A model generated the notes under the pieces. That model worked only from the letters and a program-made list of their open reading frames with translations, did no database searches and was not told where the DNA came from. Below are positions 35,489 to 52,099 of a stretch of DNA of 64,000 bases, piece after piece; position 1 is the first letter of the stretch; the number at the start of each line of letters is the position of its first letter. The position numbers and the translations under genes were made by a program. The DNA is from Schmidtea polychroa (Eukaryota), in assembly GCA_044892525.1 (NCBI GenBank), contig CM097885.1, forward strand, positions 13,704,001-13,768,000, in the 5' to 3' direction.

Positions 35489-35643
35489 CTAACATCTGAA
35501 AGCCATACAAATAACCTCGTTTTATATCATTTATTAAAAGAGAATTTGGACGACAAAACATGCTTCTGTTATAGTAGGTATTATTTTAATAAAAGATAAA
35601 CTTTTCTAAATAATGTTGAAAAGAAAATATTTCATTAATTTAA

Positions 35644-36622
<979 letters not shown>

Positions 36623-38299
36623 TTAATTCGAGGAATTTGAAATTTTATTATTATTTTTTGTATTTTATGTTTGAATTAGACTAAACCTTCTTTTGCCAGG
36701 AATTTAAATTTGATTGTGACTTCATTTCTCCAATTGAAAACTGTGAGTCGCAAACGATCAACAGTTCTCAAAAAGCGACTAAATCTATTTATCCACCAAA
36801 TGCATTTTCTACTCCGAAATATAAATATTGCAATCCACATTTGATGAGCTTAGTGAAACAAAATAAACCCCTTTCCCATAAATCAGTCGGTACACAAACA
36901 AAATGTACTCATTTGTGTTTAATTTGTTCATCTTCACCAATCAAAAAACAATTTATCAAGCCTAGATATTTTTATGAAGAATAAAATTGATTATGTCGTT
37001 CATTCCACTGTCATTGTATTCAGTGCCGTAACTTGCAGTTCAAGGTTTTATTTTCAGGAATCTTAATTTCCTATGAGAAAACAAGAATAACACAAAATAA
37101 AAAAAAATATCGCTTCTATTGCATTTATTTGACTTTTTTGGAAATTTATTAATTATATAACTGTTGGGGACAGAAGTACGTAGCCCGGGTTTTATCAGGG
37201 TTCCCGAAACATCCAGGTTCCGCGAGAATTAGTTGTGAATAGACCAATCAAATTTAAATGTATTTTGATTTGCTTTCGATGTTTTTGTAGTGTTGATAAA
37301 CTTGAGAAATGTTATTTTGGATTAAACTATCAATCAGAAAAAGCATTGTTTTCCTTATGAATTTTAAGCATATAAATAAAAATGATTTTGATAATAATAT
37401 CTAATACGTTATTTGCAAGGGTCCAATAAGTTACTGATATTATTTAATGAAGTCCACAAGTTTATAGTAGCATTTTCCAAGCTTTAAGGTGCTTTGACAC
37501 CTTTATAACATTTGTCAACGATAACATTTATCGGGCTGCTTCTCCTTCAATGCATTTTTAACTATTATGTATTTGACTTTTAAAATATCTGATAATTTAT
37601 AGCCACAATGTGTTATAGATAAAAATTTTATACAATTGAATCATAATAATGATAGTAAGAAATCACAAAAGTGAAGCCTAATCACAGTAGAATCTATAAC
37701 CTGAAAATTAGTAATTGTAAAATTCTACAAAAACACGATTTTCTTTTTAAAAAATTAATTTTTAGAAAGTCTCATGTGACCTCTGTTGTGGTCGCGACCA
37801 CAGGTTTAAAGGTTATTAAATGCATGAGATATAAGACCAGTATTTAACTTGAAGCTTCCTTGTCATACATTCATCCTTTTAAGAATAATTGCATCATTTC
37901 ATTGCCATTCATTTCATTTCTCACAATTTAATAAATTGCAAATCTAAAATATCTGCATGCAACTCCATAAATATTTACATAGAAGAAGTAATTTCAAAAA
38001 TGACTAAGGAATAATTCGGATAATCGAAAAGCCCATAATAGACAATAAAAGACACGTAAATATAATATGAAATTTTATGTGTCTAGATATACATATATCT
38101 TCAATATTAAATTATTTTTTATTAATAAATTCAAATATTGATTTTTGCCTAAAACTAGCTGTTCTTTTTAAAGCTGCTAAATTACGAATACTTTTAAGAC
38201 ATATAAGTTGTCCTGTTTTACACTCCTCTTGGTACTCAAACCACTCCATGGTGATGTCTAAACATCGAAAAGCTTCAGAGTGTTTGGGTCCAACTTCTT

Positions 38300-39050
38300 T
38301 TACTTTATTATATATTCATTATAGTCTTTATTAAACCATAACTTGATTTTCTGCTTTTCCTTTTCTTCTGTATATTTAAACAAAATTTTTATCAATATAT
38401 ACATAAATTTCATTTGTTTCATTTTTCAAAATTAAAATATTTTTCTAATATTAAACTAAAATTTCACAAAAACTTTCACCAATATTTTTCTAAATTGTTA
38501 CGAAGTTGTAAATTGCTATTTTGATCAATTTACTGCATATCACATCCCCTTCTTTAAAATATTTCTTCATCTTTTCAATATTTCTTTGTAATGTCTTTCC
38601 CGACTTGTTTCTCAACAGATATCGCCTGCCGTGTATTTTCTGAATAATCTCATATGTCCCTTCATATCTATCTCTTTCTTTCGTTCTTGATACCTATTTG
38701 TTGGTATTCGTTCAGGTGATCCGTCTTTTATTTCCGACTTTCTGATTTGCGATTCATGCCTTGAGTTCCATCGTTCTCTAAATATTTTACGTCCAAATAT
38801 TACTTCTGCTGAACTCTTCTCGATCGACTTCTATATCAGTGTAAATTCTATTTCTGGCAATATTTCTGCCTAATTTGTTTTTTTCTTCTCATTCAAGGAC
38901 CTATTTATGTAGTCCCTTATTGTTCTGAATTACATCTCTATGATACCGTTCGTATTGTGATGATATGAGTTTGAAAAGCAAAGTTCTATTCTCATCGACT
39001 TTGTCATCTCTGATATTGTTCTCGGTTCGAATACCTTCCCACAATCTACA
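38300..39050 (-). mobile_element. Gypsy 3' remnant (integrase C-terminus, PPT, start of LTR at 38544)
   Basis: Reverse complement resembles 62200-62775, including AAGAAGGGGA|TGTGA; the LTR distal end is not defined. Confidence 0.7.
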
Positions 39051-40243
39051 TTAGTTCATAGCTTTGTCCCTCAAACTCATATTGTCAGTTTCTTCTTCCC
39101 TACCTGAGGCTACTACCAATTATCTGAATTTGGAGTTTCCTTATATACTACCATAATCGATGTAATTGCTCCGTTTTTGACCTAATTGGTTTTGACTTCC
39201 TTAGTTATCGTTCTCTAATTAGATATTTCTGTTGACCCTTTTAGTAATTCCCCTTATTTTGTTTACCCTCGTTTATCCGACTGTTTGGATAATTGCCCTC
39301 TAAATTCCCAGTTTGTTTATTCTCCAAAATTGCAGCGCTCAGGTTCTCCATTGGCTCGGATTTTCCATTAGCTCGGGTTTTCCATTAGCCAATTAATTAA
39401 TTATTTAATATTTTGTGTTTTTTCATATTTGCCTGTTTTACGACCCTTTCTAAACTTTTCTAACAATTTCTTGCTCACCATCTTCTTCACCATCCCCTAA
39501 TCTACCCCTCTCCCGTTTTCCAGCTTCAATTTCGATAACATTTCACTCTATTCCACTTCCTAAGGTTTGTGCATTTTCCATTTCGTGTCTGATTGTAGAA
39601 TTTTATAGTTCTGTTTTTATCATATCTTTTTTTGCCATTACTTCTCTACTTGACAGCCATTCTTTTTCGTTCAATTTCGGTTTTCTTTTTATTCGGAACT
39701 ATTCAATTTGATATAACTTAATAATCTACTTTAACAACCTCAACACAATCATTGAAAAAGCAAATGCGTAAAATGGACTTGTCAATAATGTTGAAAAGAA
39801 AAGTAAATAATAGATGGTGTTGAAATGAAAAGTAAGCTATACCAATTTAAGCATTAAGTTTGTTAAATTCTCATTACCATACACTCGAGCTAATCGTTTG
39901 GAAATACCTTTACCCATTTGGCTAACACAGAATAAGTCGCTTTGCGTTACATTTTTCGTGAATCGCTTCTTGCTTGGTCTTAAAATAATAGAACGATGTT
40001 GTGTTTTGTTACAACTGAAGGTTGCAGTAAGTCTGAAGATATATAGTTGTTTTCGTAACAGATTTTTCCCAGAGTGGATTTTGGCTTATTTTCCTATAAG
40101 TTTGCAAATAAAACTCTAAATCAACTATGACTTTCAATTTACAACTATGGTAATTTCGCAATTTATGTTTCAATTGACTTTTTATCATTAAAATCCACAA
40201 AAACTTGTATATTATCATAAAATTAATTTAAAGTATTTGTAGT

Positions 40244-43200
40244 TGTGAGTCTTCAGCTGAGAATTAAATATTTCACTGATTTATTAAACTAATTTTAAAT
40301 GATAAATAATTGACTATTAAAATAATTTTTAAAATAATTTTTAAATTGAATTTTTTAAATTGAAATTTTTAAATTGAAAATTAAATAAAATTTTTAAAAG
40401 AAGTTTTATTTGTAAATAATTTTTAAATAAAAATATTTTAAATATCGAAATTTTAATAAATAGTTTTGGAAATATTTTATTCAACGCTGAAAGTTTTTTT
40501 GAAAATTATACAATATTTCATTAAATAAATATTCGGAATTATGATGTTAACTTTTGAATCGGATTTAAAAAAAATAATTTAGAAGTTGTTTTAGCAGTTT
40601 CTAATATGGTCACCACGTCTTCATAATTTCTTCATAAAGAAGCTATTTCCAAACGATTTTCATAGAGGAGATGATGTTGAAACATTCATTAAAGAATGCG
40701 ATAGATATTTTAAAATGGCACTAATTTCTACTTCAATACTTCACGAATACTTTTTCACTTCATACACCAAAATATTAAATGTTATAAGGAAAGATTACGA
40801 AAGGCATTCGTCAAGAAAACAACGTTGACAGATGATTTACAATCAGCTATGTCCTATAGACTGACGAGCGAGGAGCCCGAAAAATATTTTACTATCATAG
40901 ACGAGTTAGTCAAAAAAATGAGTTAACCTAGGAAAGTTTAACAGAATATCTGCTGGTACACTGTGCAGCCGAGAAGACTTTGAGGCAAGAATTGTGTCTA
41001 AGTGACACCAAAGAAACAATGGAGGTAAAGAAAAAAATCAAGAAGCTACATTAATCTCGTATAGTTGCAGAAGAGATCTATGATGTGAGAGAAAGAAGGC
41101 CAGAACAGAATATAACAAGAAGTTACAGAGACGCGGTTACAAATCAAGCAAGACATATTGTATCACCAAGATATAATAATGAGCCGAGAGAGTATCGAGA
41201 GGAAAGACCGAACAGAACTAAGAACGAATGTTGGACATGCCACAAGGTAGGACATTTGAGTAGAGATTGCATAACAAAGAAGGTAGTTACATGTTTTATA
41301 TGTGTGAAGACGAGGACATGTAAGAATTTAGTATCCACAGATGCAGAGAAAAGTAGTCGAATGTTAGGCGTGTGGGAAGAGATTGTCAAAAAATAAAGTG
41401 TACAAGGTGTAGCTTGGGAGGTTATAAAGAGGCAAATTGTTACACAAATTTGGAGAGAATGAGATATTGGAGAATCAATGAAAACTTTAGTAGACAACAA
41501 GAGCGATACGATGCAGGGAATGGTTATCAAGGAACGAGAAAGGAAACAAGACAAGCAGATAAGAGATACATAGCATTCATAGACGAACCAAGTGATGAAA
41601 GAATAGAAGATAAATACGCCCCGATAGAAGAGGAGATAGTCGGGGCAGTGCATTAAACAGTGATGCTGACTTCCAAATTAATAATAATTATAATAAAAGT
41701 AAAATATCATGTATTATGGAAAACGATGTAAAAAATGCAGAGGTAACGGAAGAGGAAAATAATGTAATAAGGAAAGTAAACAGATTCATAAAAATGATTT
41801 TATAGAAAGAGAAAAAGAAAAAGAGAAAGGAGAAAAAGTAAAAATACAAATACTCACATTAGATGAATGGAAAATTGATATTATTAGTTATGATAAAATT
41901 CAAGGCCGAACAAGTGTAACTATTAGAATACAAGACCAGAAGATGGAATGCTTGCTCGATACAGGAGCTACAGTAAATGTCACGAGTTGCAGCAAATTGG
42001 AGAAACTTAAAGATGTAGAACTAACAACAACGCCTGATACATTGAGATGTGCAAATTATAGTGTTTTAGAAATGAAGGGTAAAGCAATATTAGAAATAGG
42101 AATAAATGGCAGGAAAAGAAGGGTAAAGTTAGTTTACGATAGTAAGATATATGACACCAGAGGTAATTGGAGGCATAGAGTTGCAAAAACAATTTGGTAA
42201 ACAACTAAAGTGACCAGTAGAAAAGGTCAAGAAAACAAAGCAAGAGTATATATGCAGTATCTAAGCCAAATTTGGAAAGACAATAACGGAGATGGAACGA
42301 TTTCAAAGAGCAAAAAATACATTAAAGATAAATAACCCGATACTACTGAATATTATAAAAAAGAATCAAAATGTTTTTATGGCTGATAAATGAGAGATTG
42401 GCTGCACAAAGCTGTTGAAACATAAAATAGAAACTCAAGGAAAACCGATAAATAATAAACCTTTGAGACAACCAGTCAACTTGGAAGGTAAAATTGATGA
42501 GGCAATAAAAATCTTATGGAAAAACAATATTATCAAAAAGTGTAATTCGCCATGGAACACTCCATTAATATGCGCCTGGAAGAAAGAAAAGCAAGATATC
42601 AGATTATGACTTGATTTCAGACAATTAAACATAGTAAAAGAGAGACAGGCTTTCCCTATGCCGTATATGGCAGAGATGCTAGATAAATTGGGTGGAGCAA
42701 AGTATTTCAGTTCGATAGATCTTGGAAATGCATATTATCAAGTAGAACCAGAAGATGAATCAAAGCTAAAAACGGCGTTTTCAACCAAATCAGGTCAATA
42801 CTGTTTTAACAGATTGCCATTTGGAATAGCAGTTGCACCAGCTACGTTTCAGGAACTGATGGAAAAAGTATTAATGGGTATGAGATATGCAGCAGTATAC
42901 CTTGACGATATTTTGATATTTTCAGAAACGATCAATCATTCCTACGAGGTTTTAAATGAAGTGCTGGACAAAATAGGAAAGGCGGGTCTTAGGATAAACC
43001 CTGAAAAGTGCCATATCCTTAAAGAGGAAGTCAAATTTTTAGGTCACATAATCAACAAAGATGGAATACAGACGAACCCGTCAAAGCTAGATGCGATTAA
43101 ATCATTTGAAAAGCCAAAATGTGTTAAAAATCTGAGAAGCTTCCTAGAAATATGCAATTACTACAGACGATTTATAAAAGAATACGCAAAAAAGCAAGAG

Positions 43201-45187
43201 TTTTAGAAGAGCTATGCGGGTTAAACAACAAAAAATTAATTTGGACTGACGGATGCAACATCGCATTCGAAAATATGAAAAATGCTTTAGTGTCCTCACC
43301 TATTATAGGGTTTCCAGATTTCGAGAGAGAATTCATTCTGGATACTGATGCGAGTTTTGACACGATTGGAGCAGTATTATCACAGAAAGACAACAACGGG
43401 TGCAAAAAGGTTATAGCATACGGTTCTCATGCAATGAGAAATCATGAAAAGGGATATTGCATAACAAGGAAAGAGCTGCTGGCAATTTTAATCATTATTA
43501 TATGGAAAACGGTTCATTTTGAGAACGGACCATAAAGCTATCAAGTTTATGTTATCCACAAAGAAACCAATAACAACGTAATTTCAGACATGGGTTAACT
43601 ACCTCAGTAGTCTGGATATTAAAATAGATTATAGATAATGTGCGGATCATGCAAATGCAGATATGTTGTCAAGTAGTATAGGTGGAACATGCACACAATG
43701 TTTATTGGCACACGAAGACGCGAAAGTGGAAATAATGAAAACCCGAAAAATAAACACGATGGAAAAAGCTGAAGATAATAAGTGGCGAAAAGATAATACA
43801 GAAATAGAAAAAATAAAAAAGAAAATAGCACAGGGTTCAAGTTGGAAATCTATACTGGTAGACAACATGGTTTAAACAATAGAGGGTAAGATATGGATAC
43901 CTAGAGACAAAAGACAAGAAATGATAAAGTGTATTCATATTTTGCTATCACACACAGGAGCAGAAAAGTTGACAAAATATGTAGCGGACAATTACGATAT
44001 GGGAGACATAAAAGAATCAGTAAAAGAAACAATAGGACAATGCGAGGCATGTCAAAGAACGAAAGTTGTGACAACAAAGGTGAAGGAAAAGACAATATAA
44101 CTGAAAGCAGAGGAATCGTGGGAGAAAGTGTACATTTATATATGTAGCCCATTACAGGAAACATTCAGAAAGAAAAGATATATAATCGCAATTATTGATC
44201 AATTTAGCAGATATATCTCTCTGACTGCTGTCGCTAAACAGGATGAAGAAACGTTGAAGGAAACAATACAACAAAAATGGATTCTTAGATTTGGAGCACC
44301 AAAGGAAATTCACACAGATTGTGGAAAAATATTTGAATCTAAGACGATGAAAGAGTTTACAAAATCAATGGGAATTACACTATGCTTTTCAAATCCATAT
44401 CACCTTAATACAAATGGTGAGATAAAACGTCAATTCAGGACAATAAGAGACTATATAAATGCATCATTAAAAGAAAAAAGTAGAACAGATTGGGCAGAGA
44501 TCATACCAGAGATTGAATTTACCATGAATGCAACTTTTCAGAAATCAATTGGGTGAAGTCCCGCAGAAGTAATATTTGGAAAAAAAATAGCTCGAGAACA
44601 ATTTCATAGTAAAATGCCGATTTCACAAAAAGAAAATACTCGAGAAACAACACAGACAAAAAGATCATTCAATATTGGAGATGAGGTATTGGTAAAAGTA
44701 GAATCAAGAACAAAAGACAAGGAAAGAAACGAAGGGCCTTACAGAATAATGTGGCAGATCCATGATCGCCAGTATCTGCTACAAGACCAAGGTGGGAAAA
44801 TGCTTCAAAGAAATGTTGAAAAGATGAAGAAATTTCTTAAAGAAGGGGGATGTGAGGTGTTTTCAGCTGAGAATTAAATATTTCCATGATTTATTAAGAT
44901 AATTTTAAATGATAAATAATGGACTATTAAAATAATTTTTAAATTGAATTTTTTAAATTGAAAAATTAAATAAGATTTTTAAAAGAAGTTTTATTTGTAA
45001 ATAATTTTTAATAAAAATATTTTAAATATCGAAATTTTAATAAATAGTTTTGGAAATAATTTATTCAACACTTAAAATTTGTTTGAAAATTATACAATAT
45101 TTCATTCAATAAATACTTGGAATTATGACGTTCTCTTTTGAACCGGATTTCAAAAATAATTTAGAAGATATTTATCAGCTTCTAATA
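40244..45187 (+). mobile_element. Decayed full-length Ty3/Gypsy retrotransposon (LTRs 40244-40606 and 44851-45187)
   Basis: TSD GTAGT on both sides; PBS TGGTCACCA; PPT AGAAGGGGGA; fragmented gag (CWTCHKVGH), protease (LLDTGA), RT (YLDD), RNase H and integrase. Confidence 0.93.
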
Positions 45188-48100
45188 GTAGTCAATATCT
45201 GAATTAATGATGAAATCACTCTCTTTCCTAGCTATTCTATATCTCGTTCTCCTTCCAAGGTTCTGTTTCTAGGATTTTCCTGCGATTTTTCAGAATGTTC
45301 TTTTCCTAATTTGGCCTATTTTTCTGTTAATTTTTGTTATAATTTGGGCCATTCTTCGGTTTCATTTTTCTATGTTTCATTTTTAGTATTTCTGGTTAAA
45401 TTCTATTTTTATTTTATAATACCATATCTTATCATACTTTTTGCTCTCTCTATATTAACTTCGCTGATGTATGTTTGAATGTGCTACGCAAATTTTTGAG
45501 GCCGAATTAACCTACTTTCTGTGATGGCCAGAGACTTTACCCATGTTCGACATTGATTCACGAGTGACTAAATGGACTGGCATAGAAATTACCAGACCAT
45601 ATGTATTCTACATCCTATTGAAATGATACCTGGATTTGCAATTACTAAAATGCACAAAGGTTTTGATATCATATCAACTACTTCATTAAAACAAATAGAT
45701 TTATTGATACCAAAATTTCAACACAAAATATATTGCTCTGAACTTTAAGAATGTTACTAAATTCCAACCAATGCCGTACATGCAAAAGACATAACTATTA
45801 TGTAATTTTACAGCGAGACGGTTCTGCATATGAAGTAATTTTTAATCTTCAGTTCCTTTGTATGTCTTTCATTTGTTCGTCAATAACTTCGTTGTCACTT
45901 TACACTCCTTAAACGTGTAAAATATTTCGTGGAAACCGATTTTTGTCACAATCTCATTTATACTCCATGGTTTTAACTAATTTTCATTTAAATTTCCTAA
46001 CGGCATATGAATACATTTAACTTCACATACTATCTCATAGAGCCTTTATGAACTTGTTTCACAAATCTTTTCCCCTCAATGTCCACCTAAAAATTTACCA
46101 AAGACCAAACAAACACTCAAGCAGCAATAAATGCTGAACCGGAAGTACAAGATGAGGACACTTCTCCCGGATTGAAGGATTTAAAGAACTGATTTTGACT
46201 CGTTGTTTTATTGATAGAGATTAAATATGCCAAAACAGATCCAAAATGGAAATGAAAGATTCTAATCATTTCAATTTCTATTTTCTCAAAATTTTCTGTT
46301 TATTTTTCCATTGATTTTGTAATTTTTTTAATTTTTATTCCAAATGATAATTTTATTTAAATTTTAAATATTTTATTGATTATTCACTTTTCAGATTTTA
46401 TCTACACCATTTATTTTTTAATGTCTCGGAAAATGTCATATTTGTTTATTTGATCTCCATTTGCTATTAAATCTCTCTCTCTCTCTCGCTCTCTAGTGTC
46501 TTTTCATATATAAATATATATATTTATATATAGAAATTATACAGAGATTTATCTGGAGATGAATAACATGTCGATCCGATAATTCAACTTTGAAATCTGT
46601 CTTGATTATCTGGGGTAGATTTGTTCTTCGCCCGGCTGTGTTGGCAACCACGAAATAATTTTATTTTGATTTATAAAATATTTTATTAATTTTCATTATT
46701 ATTTTTGTTTCGCATAAAAAATAAAACATAAACAAGATCCACTCATTTGCATGGTTGAGTAAGGTTCATACCCTTGAGAGAAGGGTCGGAATGGAATTTG
46801 AAAATGGAAATATTTGTCTTGAGCTTTAAATTGCATTGAAATGATTTGCATGAGTGTTTAAAACAAAAAAAATATTTCTCTTTATTATAAACAAATCATA
46901 TTTTTAAAAAAAAATTATTAATAATTAAAAATAGTTTTTTCTCTCAGTACAATTAAAACAACCTCATAAAAATATTTTGTACTATTAATTAAATAAATTT
47001 TAATTAATTAACATATAAGTTTGTTTTTTTCGGAGCAGAGAGATTTCCATTTAATATAATTGTTGAGAATATGTTAATAATAAAATTAAATAGCTATTAA
47101 AAAAAGCAAAATGAGTGGGCGGAAAGGTATAAAATAAATGGTATGTTGCTCCAGAATTCTGAGAAATAGGAGCAAGGGGAAAGTAGAAAAATGAAAAGTA
47201 AATAACGCAATTAATATATCAAATAATGAAATACGACAAGGTCGTTCTTAATCAACAAGTACAAAATGAAAATAAAAAAAAACAAAAAACTAATTAGAAA
47301 AGCAATTGTTATATTTCAAGGGCTTGGCCGAGATAACGAATGGTTTATCGAGGAAGTTAGAAAAAATAAAAAGGTATATCTCGACAGTTATCTGGTATAG
47401 TAGAAATGAATGGGAAATTCGGAGATTACTTGAAAATGCTAGCAAATGGCAGCCTCAAAAAAGCAGAGACACAAATTGTAAAAAACAGAATTCGAGACTT
47501 AAATGTGCGGAAAAATTAGAATTGAACCGTTGAAAGTTGGAATAAAAAGAAAGTCTTTTCTACCTAATTGATACCAGTAGTGTGAATCAAATTAATAATA
47601 GTGTTAAAACATCTGAGTCGAAGCGATAGGGCAACCAGATCGATGTACCAATTATCAGTTCAGCAGTGATAGTTGAGTGGTCATGAATTCAAACTTTTTA
47701 TCAAAAGTGATATTGTAATGAATATGTTAATGAATAACATTAGTTTTAATCCTAAATATTTGATGTTGTGGTAATTGTACAATTGTCTGTTCAAATCAAA
47801 AAAGATTCATATTTTCTGAAGTTCATTATTGTTGTTAAACAAGAGGACTTTTGGAGTCAGATCAATAATTTATAATATTTAATTTCACCGACAACCGCAA
47901 CATAATTTTTTTGAACAAAAATAACCTTTGTTAGCAGCAACGACATCGAATTCATTTTCGATATTCATTAAAAAACAACTCAATTAACTAAAAATTTATT
48001 ATTTTTAAACACTGCGTTTTTTTATTTGAATATTTAAACAAATATCTTCGAGCCTATTCTTCTTTTAATTTTTGATGTTGATTTCAATGCTGGCTAGTTT

Positions 48101-48551
48101 CTTAAATAAGTAGTAATCTATATTTTTAAGCTTAATTTAATTTATAATGTTTATATAAAAATTTATGCAATCTGATAGGTACAATTTAAATGTTTATTAG
48201 CAACTTTCCATTTTAACTTAAACGTGAATTCTACTCTTTCAACCTTTATTTTTTTATTTGATGTATTCCTTTAGAAGTAAAACAATATTTTTCAAATTTA
48301 ACTTTATAAGACTTATTTACAATCTACAAACTTGGCCACATCAAAACAACAATTAATTTTTAGAAGACTACATCTTTATGAGGGCAATATGTATATTTTT
48401 ATAAAACGGTTGGAAAACACTGATGTATCTATTGTAAAATCTCGGTGGCAGGTAATGTTATTATTCTGAACAAATTAGTCAATTAATCAAGAACGAATAA
48501 TTGGATTTGCTAATATTAATTATTTTTTTTAATTATATATATAATGTGACT

Positions 48552-49415
48552 CAGGCCCGTAGCTAACCAGGGGCACGAGGGGCCGTGTCCTCTGCAAAAT
48601 TTTCCCAATATCTAAAAAATATTGGACAACGATTTCTATGTTTCCACAATAATATTTCATCTAATCAAATTATACACAAAAATTATAACACTTGGTGTGA
48701 GACAGATTATACAAAAAATAAAACCACAAAACGACTGTTTTTCTCTCTACATTTTATTAGCAGTTCTTCCTGAGAGATTGTGGAGGTGATTTCACACTCA
48801 AATGCCAGCATCAGCAGATCCTTCATTCGAGTTTTTGTCATTGATCGACGAGATAGGATAAAATCCTGGTCAAGGTTGAGAAACTGTTCTCAAAGGTTGC
48901 TGTTGAAGTCCCGAATATCAGTGCGCCAGTGAAAAGCTAATACGTCTGCAGGAATGTGTCCCTGTATTCTTACAAGGATCCATGAATATGATGTGCTCCC
49001 ATGCAGTTGCTCTTTCATTTTGGATGAAGCTTCTCGTTTATGAAAGAATTGACAACATGAATTTCGTTTTTCAGATGATCCATGTCAAATCGCCGTTACA
49101 GTAATATTGCAAAGGGTGTCAGGCATTCAATAAGTTTTTAATATAAAGTTGCTCTTCTTATAACAATAATTATAAAAATTAAATATTAAAAAAATAATTT
49201 TTATTAATAAGAACTATTGTAATTAAAAATCTATAAATTTAAAATAAATAATAAAAATGCAATAAATTAGGCTATGTTTTATTATGCCTTCTGCAGCAAT
49301 GCTAAAACATAGAAAAGTCATATATAAATTAATGTTTTCATCTAATTTCCATTACATTTTGCCCCCTCCTTATTTTCCGTTGCCTCTCGCAAAATATAGG
49401 TTAGCTACGGGCCTG
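48552..49415. mobile_element. Non-autonomous hAT-type element
   Basis: 17-bp TIR CAGGCCCGTAGCTAACC / GGTTAGCTACGGGCCTG; 8-bp TSD ATGTGACT / ATGTGATT. Confidence 0.85.
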
Positions 49416-50519
49416 ATGTGATTCCATATGTGCGTGCATCGCCTGATTAATAAAGTAAGTCAACTTCTTTAAAAATTAATTTCAATGCTAATTCACTTTT
49501 TTAAATCGTTATTAGTAAACCAAGCAAAATCTATATCTATAATTTTATGAGTCATATACAACCGTCATGGACGAGCTTAGTTTATTAGTATTAATTATTT
49601 TGACAAATAAAACAAACTAATTAATTATATTATATGTACCTCATAAGCTTACCGTATATACTAGCGTATAATTCGACCCATCGAATAAGTGGAAGTAAGA
49701 AAAGTAAAAAAAGAATTTAAAATATTTATTGCAAAAAATACGACATCTTCAAAAAGTTCAGATCAATCATGGAAAATTCATTATAGATCTCGTCTGAAAC
49801 ATCTCCAACATGGTCCTCTGTGTAATCGTTATCATAATCATAGAATTTCAAAAATCAATTTTACCCTTAATAAGAAACAGAACATCAAGAATTGAGAAGA
49901 TGTTTTTAGTTATGAACGTACTTATGAAACTGATCATTGCTGTTCTTCGTGCTTAGAACTTCTTAACGGAATCACCAAGATATTTTTTTATCAATCTACC
50001 TTTTGAAAATTCCAGACAGTTGGTTTATCTTAAGTCATAAGAGCTATGCTCCAAGATTTTTTGTGAATACTAAAGGAAATGTAATTTTTAAAGTCAGATA
50101 TGATTTAATTACTTTGTTCGAAATTGTTGAAAAAAACCAATAAGTCGAAAGACGTCAAGTTTAAGATAAACCATTATATAATTCAAAGGTTAATTACAGT
50201 TCGTTTCACATATTGATGATACGGCTTTGGTGTGTTCTAATGCAGTAGTTTATCCCACAAAAGACTTCGGTTAGTCTAATAGGCATATTTGATGTTGTCG
50301 AACTCTCATGAATCATTTGAGTAGAACGAATCAATTGTAAACCCTGCAAAAAAGAGATTAATAATCAAATCTTGAATGTTTAAATCTGTCATGTACACAA
50401 AATTTAAGACAATAGCGACACAAGTTAAACTTATTTAAATTCAAAAATTATCCTAAAAAACGAAAATATGAAACTGCTAATCAATTAAAACAAAAATATC
50501 TTTGTTTATGATAAACTTC

Positions 50520-50770
50520 GTTCTCTAACTTCAAAGTATTTACTAGCAAATCTTATCAGATCCTGGATGTCCTGGATGTCCAGGTTGATGAAAGCCTTTT
50601 CTGTCAAAAGCAAAAAGTATGTTCGTAGGTAGAGTTGCGAAAAAACAGACCTGGTTGTTTGGTATATCAGAAATTATCAAAATACCAACGAAATTCTACA
50701 TGGAAGCTGTACCTGATCGACTTGTAGCAACACTTTCGCCCATTGCTCAAAGCATCTGTAAATAAGACAC
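50520..50770 (+). pseudogene. Merlin/ISXO2-like transposase relic
   Basis: Frameshifted fragments QVDESLF.QKQKY..GR..QTWLFGI..FYMEAVPDR. Confidence 0.6.
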
Positions 50771-51131
50771 AAGATGTAATAAATAAATAAAACAAAAAAA
50801 TATTTATTAAAAAAATGCGCAAATACAATAATATTAAAAAGCAATGAACACTCGGTGCTTTCACGGGCTACTCTATCTGTGACACAACTAGAGTACACCG
50901 TAAAATCAGAATATTCACTCTCGTTAGTAATAGATTAAAGCCTGAAAAGATCTAAGTCTTTACAAAAAACTTTGAGAGTAAACTGGGAAGTTAGAAGGGA
51001 ATTTGATTATGGAAAATTTAATTCGACACTGTCCAAAACTAATGAGAGCGAAGCTAGTTTATATCTTTCTAGTTGCCCAACAATTACTTTAATTCACTTG
51101 AATAAAAGTCAGTACCAACAATTCGTGAATA

Positions 51132-51263
51132 AGTAGTGTTAGAACTATACACCTGAGCACACCTACCGCAAAGCGTCCAATTCCAAAGCCCTCAATTATT
51201 ACCCTTTAATATAAAAAAACAACAGTTTTTTTACATGTTTTAATATTTTTTAACCGAAAAAAC
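51132..51263 (+). repeat. Polinton terminus copy A
   Basis: TGAATA|AGTAGTGTTAGAACTATACACCTGAGCACACC...; ~131 bp shared with 51888-52019. Confidence 0.85.
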
Positions 51264-51887
51264 ATACATACAAATTCCTAATCCGCTTATGCTTAACCAT
51301 TTCGCTGCAACATCTTTAAATACACGTTTTCCAAGGAATGTATATAGTATGCTACTCCATTAATCTGCTATTCTTGTGTGCTACTGCCACGAAACTAGTC
51401 CAATGTGCTAATTCCGTAAATGTACGTTTAACACTTTAGCTAATGTCACGCTCAGTTTCCCTTTCATTTCACATCGAAAGGGTTAAAAAATAGTATGAAT
51501 AAAATACAGTTGGGAAACCCTGTGACCTACTGATAGACAAACTTTATTTCTGAGAACTAACCGAAATGCAACAACATAATATTCGTATCCAATACGCTTA
51601 AAATGTATTTTTTGATTTGTATATAAAGGCCTTGTAAAATGTTTTGTACCAAAACCAGAAAACATTGTTATCCCACTGAAATTTCAATATTAAATTACTT
51701 GTATTTCCATTTAAATAAAGAAGAGCACTAAAGTTCTTTGGATAAGTGAACTGTAAGATTTAAAACATTAAAGTAATTATAAGAACTTTATTTTCAAATT
51801 TCACTACTGATTTCTTTTCCATTGACATTGTATTTATTAAAAAGCTTGACTATGGAATCAGTAATATATCGATGATTTTGATATTCA

Positions 51888-52099
51888 AGTAGTGTTAGAA
51901 CTATACACCTGAGCACACCCACCGCAAAGCGTCCAATTCCAAAGCCCTCAATTATTACCCTTTAATATAAAAAAACAACAGTTTTTTTACACGTTTTAAT
52001 ATATTTTAACCGAAAAAACCCAAAACAAAGCCCTCTGTCCGAGCCCGATGGAAAGGGAAGAGATGAGGGTGCGCTCAGGTGTATAGTTCTAACACTACT
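51888..52099. repeat. Polinton terminus copy B closed by an inverted 33-bp terminus (52067-52099)
   Basis: TATTCA|AGTAGTGTTAGAACTATACACCTGAGCACACCC ... GGGTGCGCTCAGGTGTATAGTTCTAACACTACT, 32/33 complementary. Confidence 0.85.

Noticed and set aside
45188..45193. AGTAGT-like sequence at the Gypsy 3' end as a Polinton terminus
   Set aside because: Explained by the last LTR base plus the GTAGT target-site duplication
45200..48500. Possible further TE fragments
   Set aside because: No termini, TSDs or protein motifs could be identified with confidence by eye
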